This document shows, one piece after another, positions 54,301 through 64,000 of a DNA stretch of 64,000 bases; position 1 is the first letter of the stretch, and each line of letters opens with the position of its first letter. The notes beneath the pieces are model-generated. The model was not told where the DNA came from, did not search any database, and was given only the letters and a program-made list of their open reading frames with translations. Origin of the DNA: Octopus vulgaris. Its lineage: Eukaryota. Both the position numbers and the translations under genes were made by a program. The DNA is taken from NCBI GenBank assembly GCA_951406725.2, contig OX597819.1, positions 44,392,001-44,456,000 on the forward strand, in the 5' to 3' direction.

Positions 54301-54784
54301 GGAAAAAAGAATATATATGTACGTACACACACACATATACATATATAAACATAAGCACACACCCTCTCTCACACACATGTATGATTGATCTATTGGCTAA
54401 AATTAATGTAGGGCCACTGCTATCCTGATGATGTCTGTTGAGTTAGAAACAAGGGTGCGAAGTGTCCTCTTGTCTCCAGACAATTAAAATGTCTTCTCTT
54501 TAATGTCACGTCAGTTTTATATTATTTGCACTTCTCATTTGTTGATTGTTCCTTTCACCATAAAGAAATTCTGCTACAATAATACCAAGCAGAAATCATT
54601 CCAATAGATAAAAAAAAAATCTGCCTTGTATGGTATTTTAATAATGCTTATTCGTTTTTGATGTTCTAATACACACCACAAAGCACTCTGAGTTATTTCT
54701 CGTAACTAATTTGTCCTGTCATCTCTCTGTCTCTGTCTCTGTCTCTCTTTCTCTATCTATCTATCTATCTATCTATCTATATAT

Positions 54785-55087
54785 GTGGAGGTACATGGCC
54801 TAGTGGTTAGAGCAGCGGACTCGCGTTCGAGGGATCGCGGTTTCGAATCTCAGACCGGGCGATGTGTGTGTTTATGAGCGAAGCACCTAAGCTCCACGCG
54901 GCTCCGGCAGAAGGTAATGGCGAACTTCTGCTGACTCTTTCGCCACAGTTTTCTCTCAATCTTTCCTCCTGCATCTTGTAGCTCACCTGCGACGGGCCGG
55001 CGTCCCTTCCAGGTGGGGAACCTATACGCCAAGGAAATCGGGAAACCGGCCCTTATGGGACAGGCATGGCTCGAGAAGGAACAAACA
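54785..55087 (+). mobile_element. Full-length SINE family C
   Basis: A-box TGGCCTAGTGG, B-box-like GTTTCGAATC, block CCTGCGACGGGCCGGCGTCCC.TCCAGG and tail GGCTCGAGAAGGAACAAAC. Confidence 0.85.
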
Positions 55088-55657
55088 ATCTATATATATA
55101 TGCATATATGAATGTACAAAGACAAACACACACACAGACACACAGACACACAGACACACACACACACACACACACACACATGATAAGCGACATACTTCAT
55201 ACAATTCACACACATTTTCTACACATGGAAAAATTACCCAAAGGCTGAAGATGAGCGTAAACCTGATCCCGGTTATTTAAATATGATTTTTCTTCCACTA
55301 TAAAACCTCTTTTAATCGCATCACACACAAAAATATATACACTAAAACGTATTTGTATACAAAAGACCCGAAGTAACATGTGGTCCCAATTTTTTGCCTT
55401 CTTTCGTTTGCAATTGTGTTGCTCATTTCAGTTATACTTACCTAATGAATACATACACCCATATATTTTCAATTAAACTTGAATACGAAAACGTTTATAT
55501 GAAAATGTATTTTTGTATCTTTATTTTCATACGCAAGTAATACATAGGAAGAAACAAGTTACCCTTATGCTCAAAACTTAAACTTATTTTAAACTAAAAA
55601 CCTATTTGTATATACAAAATTTTAACGAATTTTCAATCTTTTCTCTGTATTCCTACC

Positions 55658-55721
<64 letters not shown>

Positions 55722-56765
55722 ATGTATATACATATACATATGTATGTATATATATATATATACATGTATGTATGTACGTATACATGCATGTAGTCTGTAT
55801 GCGTGCATGTATGTTTGTAATGTATAAGCAATGAGAGATAAAATGCTAAGCTAATCGTCTTATAGCTAGTCATCAATATTGCTCAGAGAGATTAGAATTG
55901 CTGCAGCATGGGGCTCTCAATAATCCGTTCTAACTTAAACTTTGCTCTTTCGTATATCTACCACATTGCCTCGAGCTTACATAATATGCATTGTTAAATA
56001 AGCATTCATTGGCCATACGAAACCGAAATGAGTGAAAGACAAATGCTATGAAGAAAGAAACCACACGCTACATTCCAGATAAGGAAGGACAGGTATATAT
56101 ACCCAGGAAGATGTCGTCTTGCTCACAGGATAGTTTATACAAAGATTAGTTGATCTCATCTTGAGCAATTTTCATACAGGTCTACTTAAACAAGAATAAC
56201 GTCTGACCAATAACAGTTGTAGTAACAGCAACACAAAGTATGTTTCTACGTCGAGCTAATGAGGAAATTTCTCTATGATCACTTGACCAACAAGTGATCA
56301 TTTTACACACCATCTGTCTACAAAAAACGAAAGACATTTTTGACATCATAATTCAGTATATCCAAAAATTCTGCATGGTAATGGCCAAAAAGTCTACGAT
56401 CATAGATTTTTTTCGGTCAGGACAAGAAAATAATAATACTTTAGAAAATAATAATTTATATTTAAATATACTAGGTGTTTGTGATACAGCATTCATAAAT
56501 TAGTTCTAATCGCCGCCTTTTGAGGCTGGTTATCTGGTAATCGTATTAATATCTGATAAATAATATCAATGTCAGTCAACATCAATAGAATTTACACAAA
56601 TTAATTTCAATCAACTCCTTTTTTGTAATATACATATATTTTTCTAGTGTCCCTTTTGATTCGGTTAGCCATAACTTCGGCTTGCACAGAATTCTGCCTG
56701 CTAACAAAAATCTCTGATTCTCTCGCTTTCTCTCTTAATATATATACATAAACATATATACACAT

Positions 56766-56828
<63 letters not shown>

Positions 56829-57046
56829 AATGTATATGTATATATATACATACATACACGCACACTTGTTTGTGGATGTATGTGTGTGAAGATACACATA
56901 TATTCATGTATACATATATATGTGTTATATATTTGTGTATGTATATAAACATATACATACATATATACACATCTATTTGTATATGTGTGAATATATACAT
57001 ATTTTCAGGCACATACACACACACACACACACACACGTATATATAT

Positions 57047-58160
57047 ATAAAACTTAGATAAAACTTAGATGTGTTTCGACCAAAGATTAGTCCAGGTCAT
57101 ATCTAACTTAATAGCACCACCTGATAGGATTATTCGAATCCTGTTTAAGTCAAGTTTTGTTTATGGTCCATTCAAGTAGTGAGTTCTTGTTGGGTGAGTT
57201 GTATCCAATTATGGGTGGCTTATCTGGTGTTCTTTGAAGGAATCTATCCAGACTCCGTTTAAAGTTGATGGGATCCTTTTCCTCTTTGATCTCCCTCGAG
57301 ACAATGTTAAGTAGGGCAGGGCCTGTTGAAGAAAAGAAATTATGTTGCAGTGTACATGTATGCTGTGATCTTGAATTGGGCAGGGGACGTATAGCCCGTG
57401 GTCCCAGTCTTGGATGTACCTTGAAGCTAATGTTTAGGTCGTTTGGGCAAAGTTGGCGGTATATTCTCCACATCGTACAAATGATGTACCGCTCACGGCG
57501 ACGCTGGAGAGAGTAAAGTTTCAAGGCTTTAAGGCGATCCCAATAATCGAGAGCAGCCATGCCTTCAATTCGTTTAGTGAGTGCCCTCTGGGGTTACTCA
57601 ATCCTGGAGATGTTTTGTCTTGTATGGGGAGACCACAGTGGGCAGCAATATTCGAGGTGTGGCCGTACAAAGGAGGAGAAAAGTGGTATGATGACACCTT
57701 GTCTCTGAACCGGAAAGTTCTTAAGATCCAGGAACTCATCATAAGAGCTATATCGACCTTCTTGTTGATGTGTGCACTCCAACTAAGATCGTCATCAACA
57801 ATTACACCCAGGTCTCTGATATTGTTAGAGGCTGTGAGCGGTTCCCCTGAAGGAAGAGAGTATGGCTGTTTTAGTGAGGAATTTCTTCCAAAATGCATCA
57901 GCTCAAATTTTCCCTCATTCAGTTGCATTTTGTTTCTGTCTGCCCATTGACTCACAGCATTTAGATCAGACTGGAGTTGAGTTCGGTCTGCTTCATCATT
58001 GACGATTTGCTGGAGCTTAGTGTCATCAGCAAATATTTTCACTTTGCAGTAACACTGGAAAGGTCGTTTATGTAAATTATGAAGAGTAGCGGACCCAAGA
58101 CAGTCCCCTGGGGGACACCGCTGGTGACTTTTGCTGGGCTTCAGTGGACTCCATCCACTA
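57047..58160 (-). mobile_element. 5'-truncated CR1/L2-like LINE (RT C-terminal half, frameshifted)
   Basis: [45 protein letters not shown] and LYSLQRRRER. The 3' tail is a repeated ATCTAAGTTTT. Confidence 0.9.
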
Positions 58161-58164
58161 CAAC

Positions 58165-58210
<46 letters not shown>

Positions 58211-58261
58211 TATACCTATATATATATATATGTATAAGTATATACATATATACAAACACCA

Positions 58262-58496
58262 TTTACCTTTTAATTGTTTCAGTCATTTGATTGCGGCTAT
58301 GCTAGAGCACCGCCTTGCAGGGTTTTAGTCGAGCAGATCGACCCTAGTACTTATTATATCGGTCTCTCAGCTGCAGGGGCAAAAACACACCAAGACCGGT
58401 TGTCAAGTGGTAGTAATGGGGCACAAATACAGAAGCAGGCACATACATACAAACACACACACACACACACACACATACACACACACACACACACAC

Positions 58497-58531
<35 letters not shown>

Positions 58532-58682
58532 CGACGACCTTCTTTCAGTTTCCGTCCACCAAATTCACTCACAAGGCTTTGGTTGGACCTAAGGTACAAT
58601 CGAAGACACCTACCGAAAGTGCCACGTAGTGGGTCTAAATTCAAAACCATGTCGTTGGGAAGCAAGCTTCTCACCACTAAAC
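58262..58682 (-). mobile_element. Diverged SINE family A
   Basis: Homologous to 4163-4609, including the internal CA/TA tract. Confidence 0.8.
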
Positions 58683-58957
58683 CATTAAATATTATTTTAT
58701 AAGCTTAAAGCTTATAAGTGACCACCGTGTCTTGACTAAAGAAAATAGTCTAATATTAGGGCATATAAGCCCTCGACAGAAAAAAAGTGGGTTTTTCCGT
58801 ACGCGTGTTTCGCGACTAGTGTGGTACCAAATCATGAAAGTGCCCCGTCACTTCGTTTCACCTTTATACATAGAAACATACATGCATATATGTAAATACA
58901 TATATACATACAAACATACATACATACATATATACCTATACATATACATATACATAC

Positions 58958-59001
<44 letters not shown>

Positions 59002-59029
59002 GAGCACATGTGACGATAAACGTCGCCCT

Positions 59030-59292
59030 CTTGGGCCCGGTTTCTCGGTTTCTATGGCGTATAAGTTCCCCTCAGCTGGGTGGGACGCCAGTACATCGCA
59101 GCGTTGCTCAATAAACAGGAAGAAAGAGTGAGAGAAAGTTGTGGCGAAAGAGTACAACAAGGGTCACCACCACCCGCTGCCGGAGCCTCGTGGAGCTTTA
59201 GGCGTTTTCGCTCAATAAGCACACACAACGATTCTGGGAATCGAAACTGCGATCCTCCGGCTGCGAGTCCACTGCCCTAACCACTGGGCCAT
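59030..59292 (-). mobile_element. SINE family C
   Basis: Reverse complement is homologous to 54785-55060. Confidence 0.8.
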
Positions 59293-59533
59293 ATATATAT
59301 AAATTTATGTATGTGTATATATATATATATATATATTATTTAAAAAAGGAGATGTGGAACACGAGTTGTGATATATAAAAAAAGGAAATGAAGAAAATGC
59401 TGACAAAATAATTTAAGTAAGGGAGAGTGTATATAATTAGGTGAAAGTTCTTTTTACCGGTTGCGCATTTGTTATGCTTATCAAAAGATATTTTTTAAGA
59501 GAGATAGAGTTCCTTTCTGATAGATTTTTTTCT

Positions 59534-59581
<48 letters not shown>

Positions 59582-59876
59582 CGCACACACACACATACAC
59601 ACACACATATTTATATATTTTTTTTTTTTCTCTTAATTTTTATGTGAATTTATAGATGGGAACAAATTAAATGATCACTCAATTCTATTGTAGTAGAGTA
59701 TGTAGTTATTTCCCGAAAATGTTGACAGTGTCTTCGAAGCACATAGCCTACAAATAGAACGAACCCAGTTTCATAACAAAGGTCACGTGTTTTTATAAAA
59801 ATATGCGTTCCTATATGTTTATCAGGAAACCGTCAGCTTTGCTTCATATAATTCATACTTCCTACTACTGCTGTTG

Positions 59877-59974
<98 letters not shown>

Positions 59975-60209
59975 CTCGCACACACACACACAGAATATCT
60001 TTATTGTTTGTTACTACTGTAGAATTTCTGTTTTAATTTGTATATATTTAGTAGAAATTTCTTGTCTAGTTTATAGTTTCTTTCGTTTTCAATATTCAAG
60101 CGGAAGTAGAGTGGCTATGAACGGAGGTACAAAATACTGAAGTATGGCGAAGAAAAGTACGAACAAGTATATTACATAAATCACTTATGAATGATAGCTT
60201 TTATTACTG

Positions 60210-60280
<71 letters not shown>

Positions 60281-60312
60281 TATTATTATTATTATTATTA
60301 TTATTTTTATTA

Positions 60313-61357
60313 AGTGAGAAAGCAGTACATGCCATCAAAGAGACACTGGGATAACATATACGAAGTTCCGTATACCCATTGTGACTACCCGTCTGATAAG
60401 GGCACACAAGGCTTATGCATCACAATCATATGTGCGTGACATGGTAATGTCGTATCAAGATAATAAGCGCATGGCCTTGCACGTAGGGCTCAGTTAGAAT
60501 TTTCTTCAGGTGGAGTAGCCCATACCGCTCACAAGTTCCCTGAATAAAGCTTGTTTAAGGATATTGAACACCCATGTTTCCAGAGATGAATTATCCAAAC
60601 CCCAAAAAATCCTTCTCAACACATGGCTATGATGCTCCCCCACTACTTCTGCTCGTGATCAGAGATGCACATATCGTCAGCCACTAAGGGACATGCTCAA
60701 CTGGTTAAGGTCAAATAACTGAGAAGCAAATATGTGGTATTGAGCAGAATATTTGCTGTAGCCCATCTTTTATACCAAAACAAAACAACGTACATGATAA
60801 CACTTCCAATCCCTTAAGATGAAAAGCCATGAGAGCCACTGCCTGGCACTGCATCATGGCATTTATTATTATTATTGAGTGAGAGAGCAGTTCATGCCAT
60901 CAAAGTGACACTGGGGTAAAATATACGAAGCCCAATATACACATCATGACTACCCGTCTGATAAGGGCACACCAGGCACATGAATCACAACCATATGTGC
61001 GCGACATGGTGATCTCATATCAAGATAAACTGCACATGACCTTGCAGGTGGGGCCCAGTTAGAATTTTCTTCAGGTTGAGTAGCCCATCCCGCTCAAACG
61101 GTCCCTGAATAAGGGTTGTTTAAGGATGTTGAAAAAACCACCCATGTCTCCAGAGGTGAATTATTCAAACCCCAAAGAATCCCTCTCAACACATGGCTAT
61201 GATGCTCCCCCACTACTTCTGCACGTGATCAGAGATGCACATATCGTCAGCCACTAAGGGACATGCTCAACTGGTTAAGGTCAAACAACTGACAAGCAAA
61301 TCTGTGGTATTGAGCAGAATATTTGCTGTAGCCCATCTTTTATACCAAGACAGAACA
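60313..61357. repeat. Two head-to-tail copies of the ~550-bp (ATT)n-associated repeat (60313-60862 and 60877-61357)
   Basis: Direct tandem homology. Each copy is bounded by (ATT)n, and both match 1-551 in reverse complement. Confidence 0.9.
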
Positions 61358-61358
61358 A

Positions 61359-61445
<87 letters not shown>

Positions 61446-61494
61446 TTTATAATCGTTATTGTTGTTGCTGTTGTTATTGTTGTTGTTATTGTTC

Positions 61495-62040
61495 AGGATG
61501 CAAGCTGGCAGAACTGTTAGCACGCCGAAAAAATGGCTTAGCGATCTGAGTTAAAATAACGCCGAGGCCGACTTTGCCTTTCAAGCTTTCGGGGTCGTTA
61601 TTATAAATAAGTATCAGTTAATTATCGGAGCTCGTATAGTAGCCTAGATCCGCCACCCCCATCCATATCCCCACCCCTAAAAAATTTCAGGCCTTCTACC
61701 TAAAGTAGTAGTAGTTTGAGGGTGTGCATTATAACAGCGCATCGCCTCATGTGCCATTTCTTGGTTATTCTTTAGTCCTGGCGGATGACGCCTTTGCACC
61801 ACTCAAGCTATGACCCTTCAGCTCATATGATTAGACGAAGTGATTTGGCAAATTCTTAGTACGCCGAAAAAATTGCTTTGCGGTATTTCGGCCGGATCAT
61901 TACGTTTCGTGTTCAAATCTCACAAAGGTTAACATTGCCTTCCACTCCTCTGGATTCGATAAATTTAAATACCAGTGGGTTACTGGAGTCAATGATGTCG
62001 GCTGATTCTCTCCTCTCAAAATTTGCTGCACTTGAATTTA
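61495..62040 (+). mobile_element. Two diverged family B SINEs
   Basis: AGCTGGCAGAACTGTTAGCACGCCG...GACTTTGCCTTTC at ~61500, and a second copy at ~61845-62040. Confidence 0.65.
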
Positions 62041-62116
62041 AATTAAACTAACACCAGCAGCAGCAGCAGCAACAGCAGCTACAATAGCAGCAACAACAGC
62101 AGCAACAGCTGCAAGG

Positions 62117-62649
62117 TGGAGGCGCAATGGCCCTGTGGTTAGGGCAGCAGACTCGCGGTCGTAAGAACGCGGTTTTGATTCCCATACCGGGCATTGTGAG
62201 TGTTTATTGAGCAAAAGCACCTAAGCTCCACGAGACTCCGGCGGGTGGGGGGCGGTGAACCCCGCTGTACTCTTTCACTCTTTCAACTTTCTCTCACTCT
62301 TTCTTCCTATTTCTGCCAAAAAAGCAGAGGAACCATGGTGTAACCCACTAGGGTGTGGTAAACTTTCAGACCCTAGTCTAGATTGCGAATCCTCTGTACC
62401 CCGGGTTGGTTCAGCTCTCCACCCGTTAAAAGCCACTATTTACGGAATGAGGGTAACAACATAGCTTTCGCGCCCGTGCAACAGCCAGTGTATCGCGTGT
62501 GGTGGGTGGATCTTCAAGTTGCCACACGCATCTTTAGTAGCTTAGAGTAGGCTCGAATTAGAGATTATTCTTTGTGGCTAATGGCGAGTCCTGATTGGAA
62601 GAAGAAGAAGAAGAAGAAGAAGAAGAAGAAGAAGAAGAAGAAGAAGAAG
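62117..62649 (+). mobile_element. Family C SINE head and body joined to a different ~280-bp segment ending in (GAA)n
   Basis: tRNA-like head GGAGGCGCAATGGCCCTGTGGTTAGGG. Homology to family C stops near 62310, and the segment ends GGCGAGTCCTGATTG(GAA)n. Confidence 0.6.
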
Positions 62650-64000
62650 GGGCATCAGCAGAAGCAGCAACAGCAGTAGGGGCAGCTTAAGCAGGGGCAG
62701 GGTGCAGAGATATTACCACCACCACCACCACCACCACCACCACCACCACCACCACCACCACCACTACCACCACTACCATCATGATCATGATCATGATCAT
62801 CCAGGGAGGTACAGGAGTCAGTGATGTCGACTGACTCTCCGTACTCGGAATTGTTGCCCTTGAACTTAAATTAAACCATCACCATCACCACCACCATCGC
62901 CATCACTACCATCACTATCAACAGCAACATGAGCAACAATAACAACATGAACACCAACACTGCCGTCGTTACCATCATCAACATATCATGATCATCATCA
63001 ACAATCATCATCATCATCGTCGTCGTCATCGTCGTCGTCGTCGTCTTCGTCATTATCATCATCATCATCATCACCATCATCAAAAGCTCTAGCAGCATTT
63101 CGGGGCTCAATTATGTGTCAGTATGTCCTTAGTGAACCAAATGTTTTGACCCGGTTTCAACTTTCAGCTGGAGCCACTTCAGTTGTTTCGCTAATGCTCT
63201 TGGGAAAAGAATGAGAAACACAATTTTCCGTTCTTATTCCTCGATGTTTGAATTATGCAGACAGCAATACCGACAGCAGCAGCAGCAGTATTAGTAGTAT
63301 CAATGTAGTAGTAGTAGTAGTAGTAGTAGGTCTTTGCTGTTATTTTTATTGTTGTTGTTGCTGTTGTTGTTGTTAGCTTGGTCGTTTGAAGTCGTTGGTT
63401 ATGGTGATGTGATATTCATAACAAGCAGAATTCGTAAATAGCAAATTGTGTACCCAGTGCCTTAATGTACAGAATACAGACGAAAAATGCAAAATATTTC
63501 GCAGTACAATCTGTATGTAAATACTAAAACATAAAAGTAACCCCCCACCCCCACTAACTCTCCACTATTCCCCCCAGAGATTGAAAAAAAAAAAGAATGA
63601 GAATATATGACAACGAATATGTCCTTGGGCAGAGATTGCCTTCAGTACGAAATTTCATAAATATAATTGCTTCTAACATAGGAATAGAGGCAGAAATTTA
63701 GAGAGAAGTGTAAGTCAGTTAAATCTTAACTAGTACTTCTCCGGTTTTTTTTTTCCTTTTATTTTATCGAGCCAGGAAAGATTTAAGGCAAGGTTGATCT
63801 CGGTATGATTCGTACTCAGAAAAACCTACCTCATGCCATTTTGTTCGACGCTCCAATTATTTAATGCATCGTCCTTATATATATTCTTTTCTCTCCATGA
63901 AGCAATTACGTGTCCTTATACATGACTGGACCCTATGCAGTTCTATATTTCTCTTGATTCCGTTCTGATTTTTTCTTTGGGTTTCGTTTGATGTTTGTTT

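Noticed and set aside
54420-54475. CTGATGA...GAAA on the plus strand
   Set aside because: Stem II is imperfect and there is no stem I partner after any UH triplet.
54785-54862. tRNA-like sequences at SINE heads (also 34444 and 62117)
   Set aside because: They continue into SINE bodies and lack intact cloverleafs, so they are not tRNA genes.

Overview
AT-rich, extremely microsatellite-rich eukaryotic (animal) DNA. The SINE, LINE and microsatellite mix resembles an octopod cephalopod genome, which is my inference rather than a database result. I cannot support any host protein-coding gene. Most listed ORFs are translations of simple repeats, and the rest are transposon remnants. The window holds two mariner elements (one nearly intact), CR1/L2-like, RTE and R4/Dong LINE fragments, Penelope-like (PLE) RT/GIY-YIG relics, at least three tRNA-derived SINE families, hAT-type MITEs and a non-autonomous Helitron. 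Four signals stand out. (1) Short, often fold-back elements sit inside (TA)n tracts and carry type I hammerhead ribozyme motifs with palindromic stem III. Two are fully canonical (17343-17424 and 25840-25896) and several are variant or decayed. (2) A GC-rich, divergent but structurally compensated LSU (28S-type) rRNA domain VI fragment with the sarcin-ricin loop is fused to a SINE and flanked by a possible 12-bp TSD (27956-28489). (3) A tRNA-like cloverleaf is enclosed by long inverted repeats (26021-26344). (4) R4/Dong LINE ends and a ~550-bp repeat are stacked inside (TAA)n tracts. All motif calls were made by eye and need computational confirmation.
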